DNA of 13,260 bases, taken from NCBI GenBank assembly GCA_043228905.1, contig JBHGNT010000976.1, forward strand, positions 1 through 13,260, in the 5' to 3' direction. Position 1 is the stretch's first letter. Each line of letters starts with the position of its first letter. Of this stretch, positions 1 to 10,365 are shown one piece after another. Origin of the DNA: Azolla caroliniana (Eukaryota; Plantae; Polypodiophyta). The position numbers and the translations under genes were made by a program. Under the pieces are notes generated by a model, which saw nothing but the letters and a program-made list of their open reading frames with translations, was not told the origin of the DNA and searched no databases.

Positions 1-519
1 AAATAACCCATAATGTGTGTAAGTATAAATACACTTAGGCAAAAACATAGTGTGATGCATTGTAGAATAGAAAGAATAGAATAGCGTAGAGTTCCTATAG
101 ATGTGTGTTACAGAGTGAAGAGTGAGTGCGTGATAGTGAGAGTAGCGCCATAGTTGTGTGAGCTTAGTAACTGTGTGTTACAGAGTGAAGAGTGAGTGCG
201 TGATAGTGAGAGTAGCGCCATAGTTGTGTGAGCTTAGTAACTGTGTGTTACAGAGTGAAGAGTGAGAGTGGCGCCATAGCTGTGTGAGCTTGGACGCCAA
301 GAACCCTACATGGTGGATACACTCTGTGCAGAGAGAGTGTTGTATACTATCTCCTTTGTATTGTCCATTGTATAGTGGATCTTTGTTCCCGTGGTTTGCC
401 CCGTTTAGGGTTTCCACATTAAATTGTGTATTCAGTGCATTTGTTGTTTTTCTATTTCCGCATTATTGTGCATTTCATAATCGGATTTCCTCACAAATCT
501 CCATGATCGAAGACCAACA
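1..519 (+). repeat. 5' LTR of copia element (partial)
   Basis: Ends in CA 3 nt before the PBS. 377-519 aligns ungapped to 3598-3740 (21 mismatches in 143 nt by manual count). TATAAATA at 24-31. Confidence 0.9.
102..291 (+). repeat. 70-bp tandem repeat inside the LTR
   Basis: 102-171 and 172-241 are identical. The third copy (242-291) lacks 14 bp between AGTGAG direct repeats. Confidence 0.95.
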
Positions 520-522
520 AAC

Positions 523-534
523 TGGTATCAGAGC
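523..534 (+). promoter_or_regulatory. Primer binding site, tRNA-iMet
   Basis: TGGTATCAGAGC directly after the LTR end; canonical plant copia PBS. Confidence 0.95.
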
Positions 535-547
535 TTGAGGTGCAAGC

Positions 548-3500
548 ATGGAAGCATGCGTGAGTGGCTTCCTAGGCATGATAGTTCTACACTTTCAGAA
601 CTTTGCAGACTGGAAGATAAAGATGGAAGGCCTTCTCTTAGTCAAAGACCTATACGAGCCCATCGATAGAGCATAAATACCCACGGGACTATTACAGTCT
701 GAATGGAAAGTTCTGAACAGAAAGGCGGTGGCCACCATTAGATAGTGTGTTGATGTGAGTGTCCTTCAGCATGTGCCAAACGACACAAATGCGTACGAGA
801 TGTGCCAGAACTTGTCAGGTCTATATGAGTGGAAGAATGCCATCAATGAAACATTTTTGATGAGAAAGATTGTGAGGTTGAAGTATAGGGACGGGGAAAG
901 CATAGTCGAGCATGTAAGCACATTCATGGGGTATGTAATCCAGATTGTGGCAACTAAACTTTTCCTTAAGGATGCAATTCAGGCCATCCTGCCACTGTGT
1001 AGACTACCGGACAAGTGGGAGAACCTGGTGGTGACTCTCAACACTACGTTTGAAGAAGAGAACTTGTCTCTACAAATGGTACAGACAAGCATCTTTAGCG
1101 AGGAGACAAGAAGGAAGGACAAGGGTGTCCTATCCCAGTCGGAGTCAAATCTGACTCAACATACATGTAGGGGAAGAAATCGGCAAAGAAGTCCACAAAG
1201 AACGGAGAAGTCCTAAGCCAAATCCAAGTCTAGAGTCAAGCTAGCATGCTTCTATTGTGGAAAGCCTAGACACTTCGAGAGGGACTGACAACACATGATG
1301 AAGGACAAAGGTGTCCATAATAATGTCGAACCCAGGAAGATTCCTGATGAAAAGTGCACATTGGTCGTAGATACAAGTGTTAAGGAGATTTTGTTCATTT
1401 GTGAATAGGCAAGCACAAATCTTGCAAGTGAAGAGTGTACTTGGGTAATCGATTGGGGCGGATCTTTCCACATAACTCCATCGAGAGAGTGTTTCTTAAC
1501 TTGCATAGCCGGGGATCATGGCTATGTAAAGATGGGAGATAATGAGGAGTGCAAGATAGCGGACATAGGAAGTGTAAGCCTGATGACGTCGACAGATTAT
1601 CGATTTAATATGAGGGAAGTTCGAGATGTCCTCGATATCATATTGATTTGATATCGACTGGAAGGCTAGATGATGAAGGCTACAATGGTAGCTTTTGAAA
1701 TGGCAAGTGGAAGTTCTATCGAGGAAACCTCATAGTGGCCCGAGCACAGAAACAGGGCACATTGTATATGATGCATGTCCGACTGTGCAAGTCAAAAATG
1801 AACGTGGCAGCCAACTCGAGTGGAGAGTTAGGGCATAAGAGGCTAGACCATATGAGTTAGAAAGGAATGCATCTACTAGCTGAACAGGAACTTCTCCCAG
1901 AAGTGAAAGGCGTACACTTGGAGAAGTGTGTCGGGTGCTTAGTCGGAAAGCAGAACAGAACAACATTCCACTCAAGACCACCGAAAAGAAGAGAAATGCT
2001 CTTGAAACTAGTGCACACCGATGTGTGCTATGTGGAGGCTCCATCACATCGAGGCGGACAGTACTTCGTCACGTTCATCGATGACTACTATCAAAAATTG
2101 TGGGCTTTAGTACTAATATCGAAGGATCAAGTATTGTCGTTCTTCAAGGAGTTCCAAGCAACGACAGAAAGAGAGTCAAGTCAGAAGTTGAAGGTGGTCC
2201 CAACCGACAACGGTGGCGAATATAGAGGGCATTTCAAAGAATACTGCGAGGCCCAAGGTATTCGAATCGAATACATAGTGCAAAAGACCCCAGCATTGAA
2301 CGGGCTTGTAGAGAGGATGAATCAGACGATAATGGAAAGAGTAAGGAGCATGATGTTGCATGCTATACTGGCGAAAATGTATTGGAATGAGACGATGTAT
2401 ACAACTATTTATTTGATCAATAGGTCTCCCTCAATACCATTGAAAGGTGATGTCCCACATTAGCCCAAAGTCTTTGCGGAGAAAGAGAAAGAGAACCTAC
2501 TATGTCAACTAAAGAAAATCTTGTATGGTTCGAAACAAGCTCCATGCCAATGGTATAAGAAGTTCGAGTCCTTCATGTTGGAATATAGGTTCCAGAAAAC
2601 ACAAGTTGATCAGTATGTGTACGTAAAGAGGTATGATGAGGGTTACTTCTTAATTCTCTTATTATATGTGGATGACATCTTGATAGTCAGACAAGACACG
2701 AAGAGGATCGTGAGCTTAAAGAAAGCTCTAGGCAAGTCGTTTGCAATAAAAGAACTTGGACCCGCTAAACAGATTTTAGAGATGCACATAGTTTGGGACA
2801 GAACTAAGAAAGTGTTGTGGTTGTCACAAGAGAAGTATGTGACAAAGATCCTAGAAAGATTCAACATGTCGGAAGCAAAGCTAGTCGGCTCTATGTCACC
2901 GACCAACTAAGCTAAATGTTAAGCAATGCCTAAGGGGTGACAAAGAAAAGGTTGAGATGAGGAAAGTACGATATGCCTTTAAAGCCATCGGCAGTTTAAT
3001 GTATGTTATGGTTTGTACGAGACCATACATAGCATTTGCTATGGGGACAGTAAGCCGATATAGGAGTAATCTAGGAAGAGAACATTGGGCAACTATTAAA
3101 TAGATACTCAGGTACTTGAAAGCCACCTTTGGGGTATGCCTAAGGTATGGTTGAAGGGTTTACCGACTCGGAAACATTGGGGGACACAAACTCAATTTCA
3201 TCTACTTCAGGGTACATGATGACTTATGCATGGGGAGTAATGTCGTGGCAATCACAACTTCAAAAATATGTGGCCTTGTTGACCATAGAGGCAGAGTATA
3301 TGGCAGCGGTAGAGGCTGGCAAAGAGCTGATCTGGATGAGAAATTTTCTCAGTGAGTTAGGAATGAAGCAAAGGGAATCCTTGCTTCACTGTGATAGCCA
3401 CAACCCCATACATCTAGCCAAGAACGCTATGTACCACTCCTGAACCAAGCACATATAGAGAAGGTATCACTGGTTATGGGAGAGAGTGAAAGATGGAGAG

Positions 3501-3600
3501 TTTACTCTTGCAAAGATCCATACTGACCAAAATGGATACGACATGCTCACAAAGAACCTATCGATGGACAAACTCAAAGTATGTCGACAAAGGACAAGGA
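548..3600 (+). pseudogene. Copia gag-pol polyprotein, disrupted
   Basis: ATG 548 (…NFADWKIKMEGLLLVKDLY…). Zinc knuckle CFYCGKPRHFERD* (1247-1288). Protease WVIDWGGSFH (D at 1451). Integrase HKRLDH…CVGC, VHTDVC, TDNGGEY, NGLVERMN. RT LYGSKQAPCQWY, LLYVDD. RNase H FTDS…EAEY…LHCDS…DMLTK. Many in-frame stops (e.g. 674, 743, 1214, 2461, 3441) and frameshifts (~1645, ~2908, ~3148). Confidence 0.95.
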
Positions 3601-3740
3601 TCTCTATTTCCGTGGTTTTCCCTGTTTAGGGTTTCCACGTAAAACTGTGTACTCTGTGCATTGCCTATTTTTTTGTTCCCGCATTATTGTGCATTTCATA
3701 ATCGGATTTCCTCACGAATCTCAGTAATCGAAGACCAACA
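3598..3740 (+). repeat. 3' LTR remnant (last 143 bp only)
   Basis: Direct repeat of 377-519 ending GAAGACCAACA; fused directly to the end of RNase H coding sequence with no PPT. Confidence 0.9.
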
Positions 3741-4231
3741 CGTTTGTAGTTGAAGATTTGGGCAAGAATACTATTCTATTGTCATGTACTCAAGCAAAAG
3801 CTTTGTTGAACGGTAGATGCTCCTAATGGGACAAGGATCTTCAAAGATGAGATGAGGCAAGGCGTAGTATGTTAGTTAGGTACTCAATTATATAATGCGC
3901 ACTAGTGAGGGCATAGTCTATAGTCCTTCAACACCCAGGTGACTCTCCATCGAAGGTAACTAACTTGTAATTTTAGCTGCTTGATATATTTATTTTCCTA
4001 ATATATTTATTGTTATGATGAACTCTACACATGGTTCACGTCTCTAGATTTTTCTCTTCTTCAACGACACATTGTCTTCCGGCATTCCTCATGATATCTA
4101 TCCCTTTCATGTATTTCAGTTTATGCTTGTAACTAATCTCCCAACCAACTATGGCTAGCAATCAATCGTAAGATTGGTGTCTAAATAGCTCCTAGAAAAC
4201 AATCTAGAGCAATTGGGTAGCAGTTACTATG

Positions 4232-4435
4232 AAACCCTAAACCCTATTAGGTGAGGGTTACTTGAGAAACCTAGACATCTATCTTCGGGTTTGGGTTAAC
4301 TTCCTTTGGATATAGAGCGCGATATTACACATGTACTCCCAGCCCGTACCTCCTTTAATTCCATGTTCCTAAACCCTAAACCGTAAACCCAAGACATCTG
4401 TCTTTGGGTTTGTCTTGACTTCTTTTTGCTATAAA
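4232..4435. repeat. Short interstitial telomere-like (CCCTAAA) tracts with a degenerate 44-bp direct repeat
   Basis: AAACCCTAAACCCTA (4232-4246); CCTAAACCCTAAACCGTAAACCC (4368-4390); 4273-4316 vs 4392-4435 match at 35/44. Confidence 0.6.
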
Positions 4436-4698
4436 CACTACCTCGACAAACCCTCCACCTAAGAGAGTATTGCATCCCTTGTCAATGTCATAGTACCTGT
4501 TATTGAAAGTTGTTCCACACATTGTCAATTGCCATCAATGCCATATTATGACTCCAATTTAACATATTTATTATCAATATATACAATTAAATATTCGCAT
4601 TCATATGTGGTGTGCGTTTATATTACACACTAATATGAGGTGTTGAAAAATGTGGTTTGATACAAACAATATGATATGAGGTGATCATGAGTTCTTAC

Positions 4699-4982
4699 CA
4701 AAACGATTTTGAGAAGGCCTTTCTCCAATCTCCATTATGTTCATGAGCTTGGCCACACCATTCCACGAAGAAGATCAAAGACATTGTGACAATAAATAAT
4801 GCTCCAATGGTTATCCAAAGTTGCCAAGAGAAAGGGGAAATGAATGTCCAGAATGAAATATTACTCCTAGGTTGAAGTGGCGCAATCATTTGAAGACTCG
4901 ATTCTATATATGGCTGGGTAAAGTCTACTAACTTTAACCGGTCACTAGTGATCGTCAAATCAGCAACTACTCCATCTACGTC
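4699..4982 (-). CDS. GLR: Glutamate receptor-like channel (GLR), coding exon 2: end of S1, pre-M1, M1
   Basis: Acceptor catag| then DVDGVVADLTITSDRLKLVDFTQPYIESSLQMIAP…FISPFSWQLWITIGALFIVTMSLIFFVEW…SFW split TG|gtaag (phase 2). These match plant GLR motifs (D.TI..R..VDFT.PY; PF…LW) and the usual GLR intron positions. No stops. Confidence 0.93.
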
Positions 4983-6028
4983 CTATGACCATGCATGCAT
5001 ACAGTGAAAACCAATACAAACGTATTCCTGGAGCACATAATTAATTAAAACCTTATTAATCCAACTTGTTGTATGCTACGTAAATATCATTATCAAGCAG
5101 TGGAAATAATGAGTCGAATTATTCATGAGCTACATACCTTGGAGATTTACTCACACCGTTTACATCAAAGTTGCCAAGGTATGTCATGGTGCTACGATAT
5201 TCATCACACTTATTATAGTGCATACATTTTTGGCTCTTACTCCATACACTTGTACTTGATTGCACATGTATTTCTTTGAGTAAAAATTTCAATCTTTGGT
5301 ATTAAATTTGCTCAAACTATTCCTTGGACCATTCTACACAAGGATTACTAACAAAGTTACTTTATCTCTTCGAAGTGAGCACATCGTACTCTCTTGAGAG
5401 TAGCTTTTCCATACAATACAACAAAACCAATTATTCACCGAATAAGCCTCTCATATTTGACTTATTTGGCGCTAAGAAATATAGATCTTGCACAATTAAT
5501 CAAATAGATCTTACAAGAATAACTAGAAAACATTACCTTGGCCAACCGATGCTTGAATAGTATATCATGGAATGTCAAAATAATTTTAGCGATGCTAAAA
5601 ATTACTTTTAAAACACTCATATGTATTGGAGTTCAAACTCTTGTCCACTGGATCAAACCCTCAATTATAGATGGAATTATCAACAATTTGTTAGTGCCTA
5701 TGTCAATCTTTGAACGAGATTCCATGGTAAGGGGTATGATATTAGGACAATCTTAGTAATTTGTTACATATAGTCTCGAGGTATTTTATGGACTTAGATA
5801 TTAGTTTCTCCCTGTCTAGCCATGACATCCTACTTGAGGATTGCCACAATCCCTTATGTCTTTTCTATCATTAATGTGCACGTAGAAATTCTTGCTAACA
5901 TAGATATAAACACATTATCGAGGTCCATTTATCATAAATGATTAACCTTAAGCGATTGATTTTTACGAAAATTAAGTGTCATTACTACAACAAAAACAAA
6001 AAAAAATTACGTATAGCTAATGTAATAC
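4983..6028 (-). other. GLR intron 1 (GT-AG, phase 0, 1046 nt)
   Basis: AAG|gtatta donor at 6028, catag acceptor at 4983; joins …LVQKLVSK to DVDGVVAD… in frame. AT-rich. Confidence 0.88.
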
Positions 6029-6355
6029 CTTAGAGACAAGCTTTTGCACAAGGTCATTATAGGTTGGGTCTACAAGGCCATCTCCATAGCCAATTAATGT
6101 GTAATTAATACGATAATTAAGCTTCTCAACGCATTCTTGAAACACATTGATGGCGAAGCCGGAGAAATTGACGACGGAGTTGGGCGTGACCGGTATCTCA
6201 GATGATTGCCAACTCACAAACTCCTCGAATCCAAGTTTGAGAGGAACAAGGATCTTCAAGTTGGAGGAATTGGTCGCGTGCGCAGTCGGAAATTCAGGGG
6301 AGAAGAAGATGGCAAGCACTAGGAGAGCCGTGATGAGGCGCATCGGAGCATACAT
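6029..6355 (-). CDS. GLR: GLR coding exon 1: signal peptide plus start of S1 ligand-binding segment
   Basis: ACC-ATG at 6355 (alternative ATG 6343): MYAPMRLITALLVLAIFFSPEFPTAHA-TNSSNLKILVPLKLGFEEFVSW…FSGFAINVFQECVEKLNY…YTLIGYGDGLVDPTYNDLVQKL. This matches GLR S1 (LRIGVP..F.EFV; GYCIDVF; L.Y; P.Y..LV). Confidence 0.88.
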
Positions 6356-6424
6356 GGTCGGGGGATGAGAATGAAGGCCCCAACGGGTGGCCAAGTGTGA
6401 ACTGAGGGGGTGGAAGGGACGAGG

Positions 6425-6454
6425 GAGAGAGAGAGAGAGAGAGGGGTTTATATA
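6425..6454 (-). promoter_or_regulatory. Candidate GLR core promoter: TATA box followed by (CT)9 tract
   Basis: Minus strand TATATAAA (6454-6447), then CCC and (CT)9 (6443-6425), about 90 nt upstream of the ATG. Confidence 0.55.
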
Positions 6455-6508
6455 TGTAATAATGTATGTATACATACACATATACATAATATATATCATG
6501 TATATGTA

Positions 6509-6553
<45 letters not shown>
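6509..6553. repeat. (GTATAT)7.5 microsatellite
   Basis: Perfect hexamer run; it produces the spurious YIYIYI / VYVYVY ORF translations. Confidence 0.95.
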
Positions 6554-7977
6554 CAGAATGAGCAAGTCATGGTCTATTGCTCAGAGAGGATCATCTGTAG
6601 AGAATCATGCATTTTGGTCAATCCTTCGCTGTAAGGATGGATTGATGTGTCGCTGCTAGAACCAGGAGATTCTGATTGAGCTCTCCTCGTTCGTAAGGTC
6701 ATCTAAAGGGGAGACCCACAGATCATGCACTGCTCAATCGCCATTCAACTCATTGAAAAATTTAATCTGCACAGACTCATTATATTCAAACCTCTTTTTC
6801 AGGAAATTATGTAGAGAGGAATTCTTTTGAACATCATCTGTGCGCACTACCCTCTGTATCTGTGTTGACCTTGAGGAGATTCCTACCCAGCATATTCTTC
6901 GTATTTTTTTGTTCTTTTTGGGGGGGTATTGTATCGTCTCCCATGATCCATCCTTTTTCCATAACTTCAATAACAACATAACATACAATATGCAATTTTA
7001 TTTGTCTAATCTACGAAATCTAAATAACATAATTTGGATTAGGTTTTTTTCCACATTTTTTATGGTTTTTTTTTTCATCATCTATCGTTTTGACCATATT
7101 TGCATTACTCTACTTAATATATATGGAAAATGAAGTATAAATCAAGCAAAATGTAATTTGCAATATAATGAGATAAATGTCAAAGGCCTACTCTACTTAA
7201 TCTATCATTCATAAAGTAATGGAAAGCAACATTATCCGTAATATAGTTTAGGGGAGTACAACCCCTTTTATTTATAGTTCTTCATTTCCTTTTCTTGAAG
7301 TGTTCCTATTACTCCTCCGTTAGTAGTTACCATTAAAATTTGAGCTACATATAGAACTAGATGGTGAGGAATGTCAAATGGAAATAAAATGACAAGTCGC
7401 AATGATGAAGAGCTTATGCCAATGTTTATATGTATATAAATTAATGCATTTATATTTCTATGATTGTATGCAAATGATTGTAAAAAATGTGCGTGTGTGA
7501 TTGTTATATGCATGTGTAAATGAATGAATGTATGCATTTGTATAAATTAATGATTGTATGTTTATATATGTACAAAGTACAATTGTATGTATGTTTATGA
7601 TTTTATGCATGTATTAAATGTTTCTATATGGCAAATGACTTCTCAAATTTGGCCTTTACATATTCTTTGTTCCCATATAACTTCATTGCTTCATAAAGTT
7701 ACAAAGTATAGTGAAGCTTGGGGATGAAGTTTTATGATTTCATATATATGTACACATTACCACAATCATATACAAACATCCATATAATAATTTATTCATT
7801 AACACATTCATGCACGTACATTTATACACTCGTACACATAGATACCTTACGTTTAACAATTCAATTATAAACTAGCATACATATATTCAAACTAACATTT
7901 ATACACAAGATTCTCATTCATACATACACATTCAGTCACACACATACATACTAAAATTGTTTATGTACGTGTTTTAG

Positions 7978-8600
7978 GTATTATGGAGCTTATGTTGGAG
8001 AAATTACCATCAACCATCCCAACACTTATATTCTCCATATAGTTGCACGATGGTATCGGGGTATACAGATGAGGATATAACATCACACTTGGCTCTCTTA
8101 CAAATGCTCGAGTATGATGACCTCCGTAAGTGCTTCTCTGATGCCATTGCAAACACAAACTAGGAGGACAACTCAAGTACAACCACCAGCACCAGAACCA
8201 TCACCAAAACCAAGAACACGTATAGGCACCATCAAGGGCACTTCCTACATTGTTATCATGTTGCAAATAATGCAATAAGGTTTGATTGAAAGATCCAACT
8301 AGACTGACTTGACAAGATGGAGGGTCTTGAAAGGTTTGTATGTCAAGAAACATTAGCCATATTTTAGTCCATAGTTTCTTGATTATCTTGCTTTATTTTG
8401 TTAGGACATACTAGAGGTGTACCAAAGGTCGTAACCAGTTTGACTTCTAGCATGGGCTGAAACCTACAACTGGTGGGTTTACAAATACATCATCAACTTC
8501 CACACAATCACGCGTGACTCTAAGAATTGATTGTAATCTTGACAAGAGCCTTGATGGGATTTCTCTAGGAGTTAGGGTTTTGTTTAAAAGAGTTAGATGA
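7978..8600 (+). pseudogene. Possible decayed spliced gene fragment, unidentified
   Basis: ttttag|7978-8333|gtttgt…tttattttgttag|8405: a 71-nt GT-AG intron with compatible phase 2. The first 61 codons are open; later stops are TAG/TGA. No recognisable domain. Confidence 0.25.
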
Positions 8601-9321
8601 CCTTGTGGAGTCATACCTCCCTCAAATAGAGAGACCCATTGAAAGAGTTCATAAAGGTTTTCACATGCTCTCAATGTCATAACATGATCCTATAATAAAC
8701 ACGTTCGCGTTCAGAAGTGGAAGGATAGTGCATTCCATTTTTAGATTCTTTTTATAATTTTGCAAATTTATGCAATATATAGAAACTTGTTACATTAGTA
8801 TCACATGTTCGTCAACCCATATAGAATTTGCTAAATTATTAATAGTTAACAAGTTTTAAAGTAAAAAACATGTATTCTTTGAATATTTATAAAGTTGATG
8901 ATCTCTGAATACAAAATTTAATTAAAATTAAGAATATGACAATTGTTTATTCAATTGAAATGCTATATTATGTAATATGCAAAGTTGGTTGAAATATTGA
9001 GAAAATCATGAGCTCCAGACATAAAATGTAATTAAATTACAGGTTACGAACATGGTGTATACAACATTTGATAGCTATAGTTAGTGATTATGCATTATGC
9101 ACTCTAATACTTAGTGAATGCGGCCCGATATAATACCTTACTCTAATGTTAGTAAGAAAGAAGAAAATCAAACATATGGACAGTATGGACATAAAGTCCA
9201 TGTGAAATATCATCTAGAGTTTTCCCAATACACACACATGAATGAGGACATCCATACACACGTATCATATAGTGGATACACTTGGAGACTCATTATGGTC
9301 ACACCCAAAAGTAAGGCTTAC

Positions 9322-9972
9322 CAAACAAGGTTCTCTACACCATGACAACGAGATCTCAACGCTTGAGCCATAGAATATCTTTGGTCCATGCTATGAAAGA
9401 CCACTATTCTCCACAAGCTCGTTTTGGTCAACTTTTGCGAAATACTTCACCATTTTCTCCAATTGTTTGAACCTAAATGGTTAATCATCATAAGAAGATC
9501 CGACCATATATTAATCGTATGGAATATCCACAATGAGTAACGTGTAATGCTTGTTTGGCAACTTCTGGATCATCTTCGGCACATCACCATAGTACACATT
9601 ATAATACAATTCTTGGGTGATATCATTTTTGTGGCTAAACTTCTTGAAAGTTCCGTAATCGTCCACATCGAATGCCTTCATTAAGCACCGATTGTTTTGT
9701 TTCTGTGCTCTTTCAAGATGGGCAAGAAAGGAAGCTGGAAAATCATGTTTGTCTTTGACTTCTCCAGGCTTCTTGCTATGACATGGTTTCTATGTGAAAC
9801 AACAAAAGAAGTAACTCATACATTGTTCACATATGTAATAAACTAGAATGGCAAATTTCAAATATGTAATACTAACCCAATCCTTAAAAGCAATAAAATA
9901 TTCCGATAACTCCTTGTATGAAGATGTAATCGAATACTCTTCAGTCACTTGTTCTCATGTTAAGCAACCAAG
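9322..9972 (-). pseudogene. N-terminal/catalytic half of a beta-class N6-adenine/N4-cytosine DNA methyltransferase (N6_N4_Mtase-like), two exons, disrupted
   Basis: Exon 9972-9877 (LGCLT*EQVTEEY…FKDW), 87-nt intron gttagt…ttcacatag, exon 9789-9322: …YYGDVPKMIQKLPNKHYTLLIVDIPYD*… (motif IV DIPY at 9528-9517 in a GD…LP…L…DPPY context) …WRIVVFHS…NLVW TG|gtaag. Stops at 9513 and 9483, frameshift ~9432. Confidence 0.75.
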
Positions 9973-10343
9973 TGTTGCCGGTTAGGAACATGGCCTACCC
10001 TCCTTCGGGGTACGTATCAAGGTGATCGTGGTACAGGGTAGGAAATTGCATAGCGTGTGGAACGTACTGAGTTAGAGCATTGTCGTGAAAATACGACGAG
10101 GATACGTGAACTTGAGGTAGGACCCCAGGGCTTCCGACCAAAGGATATCAGTGCGTTTATACTTTTAACAATTAACGGAAATGAGAAAATATTGTAATTT
10201 TTCATTAGCAAAGGAAAAGAAAATTACAATATTTCTCATTTCCGTTAATTGTTAAAAGTATAAACGCATGAATCTCATATCCTTTGGTCGGAGGACCCGG
10301 GATCCTACCTCAAGTTCACGACACTCGTCGTATTTTCGCAACA
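9973..10343 (+). mobile_element. 5' LTR of a truncated LTR retrotransposon
   Basis: Starts TGTTGC exactly where the methyltransferase frame breaks, ends GCAACA, and is followed after 4 nt by a PBS. Left boundary could alternatively be 10081. No TSD visible. Confidence 0.65.
10081..10343. repeat. Long inverted repeat (foldback), arms 10081-10203 / 10219-10343
   Basis: Perfect 37-bp core 10152-10188 / 10232-10268, plus perfect blocks GAAAATACGACGAG, CGTGAACTTGAGGTAGGA and TCCGACCAAAGGATAT; ~15-nt loop. Confidence 0.95.
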
Positions 10344-10347
10344 TCTT

Positions 10348-10365
10348 TGGTGAACCCGACGTGAA
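10348..10365 (+). promoter_or_regulatory. Primer binding site complementary to tRNA-Trp
   Basis: TGGTGAACCCGACGTGAA is the reverse complement of …TTCACGTCGGGTTCACCA, the 3' end of plant cytosolic tRNA-Trp as I recall it. It lies 4 nt after the LTR-terminal CA. Confidence 0.8.

Larger units (their letters stand above)
1..3740 (+). mobile_element. Degenerate Ty1/copia LTR retrotransposon (5' end outside window; internally deleted)
   Basis: LTR ending ...GACCAACA (519), tRNA-iMet PBS, domain order gag-PR-INT-RT-RNaseH (copia order), second copy of the LTR 3' end at 3598-3740. Confidence 0.95.

Noticed and set aside
102-291. CRISPR-like periodicity
   Set aside because: Whole units are repeated with no unique spacers; eukaryotic LTR context.
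3824-3844. Minus-strand LKILVPL, identical to the GLR exon 1 peptide (14-bp exact match to 6246-6259)
   Set aside because: Flanks show no GLR similarity and have nearby stops; a match this short can arise by chance in 13 kb.
5073-5756. Three short plus-strand ORFs in GLR intron 1
   Set aside because: No motifs, AT-rich, and lengths compatible with chance.
6356-6565. N-terminal extension of the 182-aa ORF (YIYIYI…LSLSL)
   Set aside because: Translation of microsatellites and promoter/5' UTR; the plausible start is 6355 or 6343.
10081-10343. MITE or conserved miRNA gene call for the hairpin
   Set aside because: No TSD (AGCAT vs TCTTT), no recognisable miRNA, and the adjacent PBS points to an LTR end.
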